A stretch of 64,000 nucleotides of DNA from an uncultured Acidobacteriaceae bacterium. Its GTDB lineage: Bacteria; Acidobacteriota; Terriglobia; Terriglobales; Acidobacteriaceae. Below the pieces are notes generated by a model. It made no database searches and had not been told where the DNA came from. It saw only the letters and a program-made list of their open reading frames with translations. A program made the position numbers and the translations under genes. The stretch is taken from contig CAVTNF010000006.1 of NCBI GenBank assembly GCA_963735975.1, positions 34,650-98,649 of the forward strand, read 5' to 3'. Shown piece by piece: positions 47,395 to 55,583 of this stretch (its first letter is position 1; the number at the start of each line of letters is the position of its first letter).

Positions 47395-48424
47395 TCTGCG
47401 CTACCTCCGTTTGTGTGCCACCGTTTCGAATTGAACGATCAATCGCTTCCAAAACTCGGAGTACGTCCCCGCCTGCCGCGCCGTCGGTAATGGGGCGTTC
47501 CCCCGTCGTGACGCAGTGGAGGAAGTGACGGCACTGCTCCTTCAGGGGTTCGGTGGCTTCTATTTTCGGGCTCAAGATGTTGCCATCACGAAGGTGCAAG
47601 CGATATTCCCCGAAATTGGAGGGCTCATTACTCTCCATCAACTGGACTCCTTTTTCAAATACTCGAACTTGTTCTAGAGAGTTGAGATCATTGAACACGA
47701 TTCGTTTATCGCTACAAACTACGACGGTTTCACGCGTCTTGTTTGGATCTGCCCAGCTAACGTGCAGATGGCCTACCACACCATTGCTGTACCCAAGAAT
47801 GACGAAGCCGACATCCTCACGACAGTTTCGCAGCACTTTTGCTCCTACCGCATTTACCCAGGTCGGAACCTCGTCCAGCAGATAGTTGAAAATGGCGATA
47901 TCATGCGTGGCCAAATCCCATACCGCATTAACATCGCGCCGAATCGGACCGAGGTTCGTGCGCCGGGCATACAAGTAATACACGTGATCGCTTTGGTCGA
48001 TATACTCTTTAACCTTCCTGACTCCTGCGTTGTAAATGAAGGTGTGTCCGACCATTAAAGTCACGGAATTCGCTTCGGCGATAATGGACAACTCCTCCGC
48101 CTGAGCGAGCGAGGTCGTAAGCGGCTTTTCCACTAAGGCGTGTTTGCCGGCCGCCATGCAGGCCTGAGCCACACTGTAATGACTGGCTGGCTCAGTGCAC
48201 ACCACAACTGCATCCAGGCCCTCGAGCGCCAGGACCTCGTCAAGGCTTGATGATAAGTGCAGGCCCGGATAGCGCTTGCCCATCTCTTGGAGGCGATCCG
48301 GCTGCTGATCACATATCGCGACCAGCCTCGACTCGGGCAGTTCGCCGAACACCCGGACATAGTTCTTTCCCCAGTAGCCGCAACCAATTACAGCAACTCC
48401 CAACCGCCCATCTCCGTCGTGCAT
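47363..48424 (-). CDS. Gfo/Idh/MocA-family sugar-nucleotide oxidoreductase (WbpB-like)
   Basis: LGVAVIGCGYWGKNYVRVF...VVVCTEPASHY...GKHALVEKPL. Confidence 0.9.
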   Translation of the reverse strand: MHDGDGRLGVAVIGCGYWGKNYVRVFGELPESRLVAICDQQPDRLQEMGKRYPGLHLSSSLDEVLALEGLDAVVVCTEPASHYSVAQACMAAGKHALVEKPLTTSLAQAEELSIIAEANSVTLMVGHTFIYNAGVRKVKEYIDQSDHVYYLYARRTNLGPIRRDVNAVWDLATHDIAIFNYLLDEVPTWVNAVGAKVLRNCREDVGFVILGYSNGVVGHLHVSWADPNKTRETVVVCSDKRIVFNDLNSLEQVRVFEKGVQLMESNEPSNFGEYRLHLRDGNILSPKIEATEPLKEQCRHFLHCVTTGERPITDGAAGGDVLRVLEAIDRSIRNGGTQTEVAQNGRYSCQIVA

Positions 48425-48445
48425 GGACTCCTCCTTTTGGAGTGT

Positions 48446-49216
48446 TTATTCGGCGCCTCGTGCAAACATAACCGCCGGTATGGTCAAGAAAAGGATCCTG
48501 ATGTCGAGCCATAGTGAGGCGTTTCGAGCGTAATGAATATCCATTCGCACCATTTCCTCGAATGGCACTCGGCATCGTCCGCTGGCCTGCCAAATCCCGG
48601 TAATTCCCGGCATGGCGGCCAGCCGCTTGTATTGGGGCTCCTGGTATAACGCGACCTCGTACAAAGGCACAGGCCTCGGTCCTATCAGGCTCATGTCTCC
48701 CTTGAGCACATTAATCAGTTGAGGCAACTCGTCCAGGCTTGTCTTCCGCAGGAATCGCCCCAGCGGCGTCACTCTTGTGTCATGGACTTTCGATCGGGTA
48801 CCGCGCCCTGGCGTTTCCGTTGCGCCTAAGCAGAACTCGCGAACTGACGCTTGATGCCAGGCAGGATCGGCATTTTTCACCATGGAACGAAACTTGAAAA
48901 ATGCAAAGCTGCGTAGCTTCCATCGGATGTGTTTTCCCCTGATGTAAGGCTTCACTCCCACCCTCTGCTGGACAAAGATCACCGGGCCGACAGAATCGAG
49001 CTTGATGAGAATGGCGACGAGCAACAGGACGGGAGAGAAGGCTACTAAGAGGAAAACGGACAGAACAATGTCCAACGCGCGCTTACTCCAGAAATACAGG
49101 GGCCGGTATTGCTGTCCTTCGAGCACTACCGAATCAATGGGCAGGCCCACAACTTCTACAGGCGCGCAGCGTCCGTCGGTTTCCACCGTCGTTGATACGA
49201 TTTTCGATAGACCCAT
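48446..49216 (-). CDS. priming sugar transferase (undecaprenyl-phosphate glycosyl-1-phosphate transferase, WbaP/ExoY C-domain type)
   Basis: KRALDIVLSVFLLVAFSPVLLLVAILIKLDSVGPVIFVQQRVG...FKFRSM...DELPQLINVLKGDMSLIGPRP. Confidence 0.9.
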   Translation of the reverse strand: MGLSKIVSTTVETDGRCAPVEVVGLPIDSVVLEGQQYRPLYFWSKRALDIVLSVFLLVAFSPVLLLVAILIKLDSVGPVIFVQQRVGVKPYIRGKHIRWKLRSFAFFKFRSMVKNADPAWHQASVREFCLGATETPGRGTRSKVHDTRVTPLGRFLRKTSLDELPQLINVLKGDMSLIGPRPVPLYEVALYQEPQYKRLAAMPGITGIWQASGRCRVPFEEMVRMDIHYARNASLWLDIRILFLTIPAVMFARGAE

Positions 49217-49290
49217 AGAAAGCCACAGGAATGAGTGTTGGATGGTTTCTGGGTGGGGGGATGTCGGTGGGGCAGTTCACATATCGCCCA

Positions 49291-50060
49291 CTAAAGGCGA
49301 CGGTAGATTGCATCGGGTACAGAAAACGTCCGTTGGTTCAGGGTAACACCGAGCACATTGACATTAGCCGTTTTGAGATCGGCTACTGCCTTAATCGCCG
49401 CATCGCGACGCGATGAGTTGGCTCGCACGTACCAGAATAATTCCGTCACAGGCACCGCCGAACACGATCGCATCGGCATACTTGTTCAACGGAGGCAGAT
49501 CCAGCAAAACGTACCCAAACTGGTTGCGCAAGCCAGCAATCTGTGAACACATACGCTCCGAGATGGCGCCTGCGTCAAGCCCTGAGTTGCGGTCCCCCGA
49601 ACTGACCAGCCACAGTTTCTTGCCGAAGATGGGCTGGGCGTAGTCCGCCAGCGGCCCGGTCTGGAGCAGTGCATCGTTCACTCCTGCGCGATTTGTGGCC
49701 TCAAATTGCGTGTGCAAACCTGGGGTCCGCAGGTTCGCATCGACAACGCAGACCGATCCGGCCACGTGCGCCGCCAAAATCTTACTTACGCGCGCACAGA
49801 CCCAGCTACATCCCGCCCCCGTTTCCACTGCCGCAAACCCCACCATCCGCGGCGCCTCTGCCCCAGCGCGCAGGAAAACCCGCTGCACCAGATTCGTCAG
49901 TTGCGGTTCCTCCGGGCCTTGGGGCAGCGACTCTGCAGAGTTCACTGGGTTGTTCAGCTAACGAGCCTGACTCTACCTCCACCTGTTCCTGAGGGCTGGA
50001 CTCCACTTGCAGCAGATCTTCCTGAAGCGCTTTGCTCAGAACTTCAAAGTTTCTGCTCAT
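49291..50060 (-). pseudogene. BY-kinase/EpsG-like P-loop ATPase, two frame changes and a Walker A lysine replaced (GAGCS)
   Basis: MSRNFEVLSKALQE... (frame 1), then ...QLTNLVQRVFL...VGFAAVETGAGCSWVCARVS...VCVVDANLRTPGLH...YVLLDLPPL...DGIILV (frame 2), then VRANSSRRDAAIKAVADLKTANVNVLGVTLN (frame 3). Breaks lie near 49943-49960 and 49425-49432. Confidence 0.6.
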
Positions 50061-50276
50061 TCTGATTTTACTCTGGGCCGGGACGCTTTGTCGGGTTCCA
50101 GGCTCAGCCCCTTGTTTGATCGGTTGGTTATTTATTCGGAAAGTCGCAATGGTCGATCACGAGCGGATACTGGGTTCAGTTTATATCCGCGTATGGCCGA
50201 CCGTTGCCATTCTCTTTCCAGCCGTTCTGGTTGTCGTGACAGGTACGGCAGCCAGAACAGGCAGATTCAGAGCGCT

Positions 50277-51761
50277 TCAATTTCTCGCGGCGTGCGGAAA
50301 GACGAGTCCACGAAGTCGAGCGTGAACACTAAACCAAGCGCTCACCGTGACCGACGCCGCAAACGTACCGATAAGGGCAAGCAAGAATGGTGAGTGCTTG
50401 GGCAGGACAGGGGCCGTTGGGTGGTTCGGCGATGGCGACGTTCAAGATGTGGCTTTTGTCGAGAGCATCAGCAATACGCGCTTCTTCGCGCTTTTGGAGA
50501 TACAGCAGGTAGTTTTCCTCAGCCGCTTTGACTTCGCGCTGTAGATCTTCCGACAGTAATCTCCTTGTTTTGGAGATCATGAGTGACTGCCTGGTATTCG
50601 CGAATGTTCTCTTCGGTGGCGGTGTTCCGCGCCTCCAATCCTTTCAAATCTGCTTTTGCTTTGGCTAGTTCGGTCTCGATCCACTCATGAGCGGGATCCA
50701 CATCGGTGGTCTCGTCCCTTAACAGGGACGCTGTTCTCAGCTGCAATGGCAGCTTTTGTCTTGCTGATCTCCTCTTCGACTTCTTGTACGGGCCGGTAAT
50801 CGGGCTGGAACTTGCTCAACAAATCCGTGCGCTTCAATTCCAGAGTGAGCAATGCGTTCTTCATCTGCATCATCAACTCCGGATTGTCGAGCCGACGACT
50901 GGCTGTGGTCACGCGCGAGGGAACGCTTGCCTCTTCCTTCTCGAGCATGCGAATGCGATCTTGGGTGTCGGCAATGAGGGCGCGAGTGTCATGCAGGGTG
51001 GCGCTGAATTGGCTCAGTTTTTGCAGCGCAATGTCTCTCGCGAGGCCGGGTTGGACCGCGCCCGGCGCCTGGGAAAATTTCAGGAGTTGGTCTTCCGCGG
51101 CGGCCAGCTTATTCCGGTAATCGTTGGTTTTCTGCTCAAAGAACTCGTACTGCCCCGATGGCCGGTGTACTTGCATATTCTTTTCGAGGTACGCGTCATC
51201 CAACGCGCGCAAGACCTTTGTGACCAGCGTTGGACTCCGCTTGTCAAAGGTTATGGTGATGATGTTGCTCTTCTTCACCGGTTCCACATCGAGCTTATGC
51301 TGGAGGTCGTCGACCTCTTCGGCTATCTTCTTCTGCGGGTCGTTGCCCTCAATCAGTGCCGTCAGCCAACTGATTGGGTTGGGGATGCCGGGCGCTTTCA
51401 TGTTGTCAGCGCCCAGAGTGGCCACAACTTTATGGAGCACATCGTCGCTGAGGATGACCTCAACTTCCGAATTTATTTCCTCCTCAGTGACCTCGTTACG
51501 CGCCGACATCGGGATTTGCTGTTCGGCAAGAGTGGACACCATCGGATCGAGGCGAGTGTCTTTTTGAATCAGGATCTTGGTCTCTGATTCGTACTTCGGC
51601 GGCAAGACAAAGCAGTACAGTATGGTGGCCACAAACAGCGCGCTGAAACAAATGATCACCGCTCGCTTGTGGCGAAAAACTGCCTGTACGATGTCTCGCA
51701 ACGTAAGCGGATGTTGCTCATCGGTGTTTGAGGCAAATAAATTGTCTTCGTGTGTCGTCAT
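50277..51761 (-). pseudogene. GumC/Wzz-type polysaccharide chain-length determinant (EpsF-like), three frame changes
   Basis: The Wzz N-domain is LRDIVQAVFRHKRAVIICFSALFVATILYCFVLPPKYESETKILIQ. It continues in other frames: SLLRDETTDVDPAHEWIETELAKAKADL; LLSEDLQREVKAAEENYLLYLQKREEARIA; and the C-terminal TM segment PVLPKHSPFLLALIGTFAASVTVSAWF. Breaks lie near 50715-50745, 50570-50590 and 50404-50417. Confidence 0.7.
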
Positions 51762-51797
51762 AGTAGACCTCGCCTGTGATACGTCGCGCTCGAAGCG

Positions 51798-52547
51798 CTA
51801 GAAAGGGGTGGCGTACGCTGATATTGCCGACCTGGGAATAAACGGTTCGATCTTGGAAATGGCATTCTTTCTCACAAACAACATGTCACCCGGCTGCAGG
51901 TACATGTCCTCTTTTAGGTCGCCCTTCTTGAACATCCTCTTCACGTTGATGATCCTCGCCTCGACCCATTCGTCGGACACGTGCCGAAACAGAAGTACCT
52001 GGGAGTGCTTCGCGCTGGGCAAGAAACCACCCGCTATGGCGATGCCCTCGGTGACGGTGGTATCGGATCGCAGTTCGTACTTTCCGGGTTTTCCGACCTC
52101 GCCGTTCGCCGTGAAATACGGCCGGTTAAAGTCCTTAAGGACAATGCTGATGCTGGGATTGGACAGAATCTTCTCGTAGGCCGTTCGCAGGTGTTGGGTT
52201 ACAGACGGCACCGTTTCTCCTGCAACGTGCACATCTCCGATGTCTTTTAACGTAATGAAACCGTCCGGTTGGACGATTACAGATTGATTGAATTCGGGGC
52301 TGAATTCAAACGCGATATCGAACGCATCACCCGGCGCTATCTTGTAGCGTGGATAGCGCTCAGCAAGATGCGGAGTATTTGAGCTCTGTTGTTCGGATTG
52401 AACTGCGGCCTGTACCGTTGCATTCTGGGGCGCGGGAGCTGCGGAACCACCCTGTTGAGCCGCACAAAACGCTACACCCAAGAGAACGCTAAAGATACAA
52501 GCTATGATCCATGGTGCAGTATGCTTGGACATTTTTGCTTCACCCAA
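51798..52547 (-). CDS. polysaccharide export protein (Wza/EpsE-like, Poly_export + SLBB)
   Basis: YKIAPGDAFDIAF...VQPDGFITLKDIGDVHVAGETV...GEVGKPGKYEL...TVTEGIAIAGG...LQPGDMLFV. Confidence 0.85.
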   Translation of the reverse strand: MGEAKMSKHTAPWIIACIFSVLLGVAFCAAQQGGSAAPAPQNATVQAAVQSEQQSSNTPHLAERYPRYKIAPGDAFDIAFEFSPEFNQSVIVQPDGFITLKDIGDVHVAGETVPSVTQHLRTAYEKILSNPSISIVLKDFNRPYFTANGEVGKPGKYELRSDTTVTEGIAIAGGFLPSAKHSQVLLFRHVSDEWVEARIINVKRMFKKGDLKEDMYLQPGDMLFVRKNAISKIEPFIPRSAISAYATPF

Positions 52548-52765
52548 TCATTGGAAAGATTGCTGTTAACCGACTTGCGTGAGGAAGATCTACGCGAAAT
52601 GCGTGTGTCGAAAATGATAGCACGGCGCGTATCGGCAACACGAGAATTTCGACTTCAGTTTGACGACCACCAATGCGCCATAGGTTGGTTGCGAGCCTTC
52701 AAGTCTAGGTCTCACAGCTTCATCGCACATAACTGACACTCACACATAACAAGGCAAAGGCCACC

Positions 52766-53740
52766 CTAATTTCGCTTCGAATCTCTCAGTTGTACTACCA
52801 GTTGCTGGAGATAGGCCTTGGCCTCGAGTGGAGTGAGTGTGTCGGGGTCAGCGCTTCCCGCAATGTGCGGCGTGTCGACCACGTGGAGGGACTTCCGGTC
52901 TGAGGGCAGAGGGAGAGGCAACTCCGTCGTGTGTTGGCTGATGTCTAGATCGTTGATGACCTCTTCCACCACCTTCAAATCGACCACCCGCTGGCCCTGC
53001 GCATAACTCAACGAAAGCAGATTGAAGCAGAAATTGTTGATGTTGCGTGGAATCCCTTCGCTGAAGCGCGCGATTGCGAAGAGTGCCTCTTTAGAGAACG
53101 GCGACGGACCCGAATGTCCAGCAACGGTCAAACGGTGCTCAATGTAGGCGCGCGTCTCGTCGATCGAAAGCGGCGTCAGCCGGATGAGCAAAGAAACGCG
53201 CTGCCGAAGTTGCGCCAAATGATGGCTTGCCAGCTTGTCGGCCAGTTCTGGTTGCCCGGACAGAATGATCTGCAGCAGTTTCGCCCGCGGCGTTTCGAAG
53301 TCTGAAAGCAGGCGGACCGTTTCCATCACGGTTGGGTCCAGGTTCTGGGCCTCGTCGATAACCACGATGAAGCGCTTCTTGGCACGCGCCTCCTGCAGCA
53401 GCAGGTTGTTGAACTGTTCGTGCATGCGCACGAAATCCTGTTCATGGCTCTCCAACCCAAGTTCCCCCAGCAGGAAACGCATGAATTCGCGGGAATTGCA
53501 CTGGGTCTGGAACAGGAACGCCGTGCGAGCGCTGTGGCGGAACCTTTCGAGCAACTGAAACAGCAGCGTCGTCTTTCCCATTCCCGGCTTGGCAATCAAC
53601 GCCATAAAACCGCGACCGGACTCGATTCCGTAATACAGAGACGCCAATGCCTCGCGATGTCCAGGACTGAGATACAAGAACCTTGGATCGGGGGTAACCC
53701 CGAATGGCTGTTCGCGGAATCCGAAGAATTCTAGAAACAT
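52766..53740 (-). CDS. ExeA-like AAA ATPase (the type found in PEP-CTERM/exosortase EPS loci)
   Basis: FFGFREQPFGVTPDPRFLYLSPGHREALASLYYGIESGRGFMALIAKPGMGKTTLL. Confidence 0.85.
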   Translation of the reverse strand: MFLEFFGFREQPFGVTPDPRFLYLSPGHREALASLYYGIESGRGFMALIAKPGMGKTTLLFQLLERFRHSARTAFLFQTQCNSREFMRFLLGELGLESHEQDFVRMHEQFNNLLLQEARAKKRFIVVIDEAQNLDPTVMETVRLLSDFETPRAKLLQIILSGQPELADKLASHHLAQLRQRVSLLIRLTPLSIDETRAYIEHRLTVAGHSGPSPFSKEALFAIARFSEGIPRNINNFCFNLLSLSYAQGQRVVDLKVVEEVINDLDISQHTTELPLPLPSDRKSLHVVDTPHIAGSADPDTLTPLEAKAYLQQLVVQLRDSKRN

Positions 53741-53836
53741 TTCTCGTCTTTCCCTAGTCTTACCCGCCCTAGTCTTAACTTGGAAAAACCCTTCGTGGCA
53801 ACACCTTTGAGCTAACGGTCGGCGACGCGAAACCCG

Positions 53837-54130
53837 CTAGCTGGCCTTGGCCCTAGGGGTAAGATTATGTTGGCGAATCTTATACAGCAATCCACGGTAG
53901 CTGATCTTCAGCAAACGAGCGGCCTGCTTCCGATTCCACCCTGTGCGTTTGAGCGCCTCGAGTATGGCTTTGATTTCTACTTGCGCTCGGACGCTACGCA
54001 GCGAAGCGATGGGTTCATCGTCAGCACAGCTCGGGCCAGGAGCAGATTTTGCGGCATCGATCGGCTTCGGCCGTTGCCGCGCATCGTCTGTTCTCGGCTG
54101 TTCAGGAATTTCACTTGGACGGGGGCTCAT
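53837..54130 (-). CDS. stand-alone Fis-type HTH (HTH_8) DNA-binding protein
   Basis: The C-terminal EIKAILEALKRTGWNRKQAARLLKISYRGLLYKIRQHNL is the Fis/NtrC-type HTH. The N-terminal half is low-complexity. Confidence 0.65.
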   Translation of the reverse strand: MSPRPSEIPEQPRTDDARQRPKPIDAAKSAPGPSCADDEPIASLRSVRAQVEIKAILEALKRTGWNRKQAARLLKISYRGLLYKIRQHNLTPRAKAS

Positions 54131-54208
54131 GTTGTCATTGCCCTTCGCGAAATCTGTAGACAGATACTAACCGATGCACAGACTCCCATGAGAAATGTTG
54201 ACTCAAGC

Positions 54209-54763
54209 TCATACCGCTTCAACTTGGTACCCTTGGATGCAAATGGAAAGAGAACGCTGGATCGGCTCCACCGAGATGACCAGATTCCGGTTTCCATTGT
54301 GCGCGACGAGGATGCCTTCCACACCGTCCAACGAACCTCCGCGCACACGAACGCGCTGGCCTACTTTCAAGAACACATGCTGTGTCAAGGGAAGATTCCC
54401 TGCGACCGCGGCCCGGACGGCTTCAATTTGTTCCGCAGGAATCGGAATTCCCTGGCCTTGCCCACCCACGAGCTCAACTACGCCCTGGGTCTTCAAAACT
54501 CTGATTCGCTCTTCCAGTGAGGAAGCGATGCGCACGAAGGCGTAGCCGGCAAACAACGGAGACTCGACTACCTTGCGCCGATCACTCCATTGGCGAATCT
54601 GGTTGGTGAAAGGCGAAAAAGCATCGATCCCCTGGCCCTGGAGTTGCCGTTCAACCACCCTTTCGTGTCGCGATCGGGTCCGGATGGCATACCAGTTCAG
54701 CCGCTCCGCAGCCACAGGGCTAACTGGCAGGTACTGCGCGATGATTAGGCTACTGGTACTCAT
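54209..54763 (-). CDS. NusG-family (RfaH/UpxY-like) transcription antiterminator, first gene of the EPS operon
   Basis: NGN domain WYAIRTRSRHERVVERQL...PLFAGYAFVRI, and KOW motif VGQRVRVRGGSLDGVEGILV. Confidence 0.85.
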   Translation of the reverse strand: MSTSSLIIAQYLPVSPVAAERLNWYAIRTRSRHERVVERQLQGQGIDAFSPFTNQIRQWSDRRKVVESPLFAGYAFVRIASSLEERIRVLKTQGVVELVGGQGQGIPIPAEQIEAVRAAVAGNLPLTQHVFLKVGQRVRVRGGSLDGVEGILVAHNGNRNLVISVEPIQRSLSICIQGYQVEAV

Positions 54764-55583
54764 AGCTTCGCCCTTTGAGTCACATTTCGCGACTCTGGAA
54801 AAACCTTGCGTCCGCGGTCGGCTCAGCGCAACTGCGCAAAGACGCTCTATTCATCGGGGGGATAAATCACAGCGTAGCGTCGGTCAATAGCCACGCATCG
54901 GGCAACCAAATTGGGTTAGAGATTACCGACCATCGCAATTTTGTGCAAGTGGCAAAAAGTCTTGCTAACTAAAGTCTCTACTGGCCAGAAAGCCCTCCCA
55001 GCAAGGCTGTTGGGCGCTTGGATGAGTGGTGCCATGAAATAGGTTGTCCTTGACTCTCCCGAGGGCCTGACTCCCTCCTGTTATCATGGACCCTGGCCGC
55101 CAGGTTTTTGGAGCGGAGGGACGCGGTCACGTTTTTAAGCCCTTAGATTTGTGATCCCCTGCGACATGGCAGTCGAGCGCTGACAGGCCGGGCGTGAGAA
55201 ATCTGCCGACCCAGATCTCCAGGCACGACCGTTCGGAGGTGCCGAATCTTCGCTTTGGCCGCCAGGAAAAAGGCGCTCTGCCGTGACGCAGCGCATTGGT
55301 ATAGGCGAGCGCGAATTTGGCGGCATCAAGGGAACCGCATGAGGCCCAGAAACAGCGCAATACAAGAAAACGCATGGTGTCTTTCAGGATCGGATGGCGA
55401 TCACCTTGGGAACCGCCGGAGTGGGTCCGGGTCCTAAAAGCCCCCACGCGGTCATTGCAGTGGTTTCCGCCGCCCTGTTGTCAAGGTTGTTTCTTCGATA
55501 CAACCTGCCTTACAACTTCATTGATCAGAGTAGGAAACAAGCCGTATAAGCATCTTTGAACACGTGTCGCCCCGGGAGCATTC

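Noticed and set aside
54949-54965. Sigma-54-like promoter TGGCAAAAAGTCTTGCT in the EPS/peptidase divergent region. It was tempting because a Fis/NtrC-type HTH gene is nearby.
   Set aside because: The GG-to-GC spacing is one base too long relative to the TGGCAC-N5-TTGC consensus, which is spacing-strict. It also points toward the peptidase start 620 nt away.
55091-55112. CCTGGccgCCAGG + TTTTT as an intrinsic terminator, with a related GGCCGCCAGGAAAAA at 55258.
   Set aside because: The stem is only 5 bp, and there is no upstream plus-strand gene to terminate.
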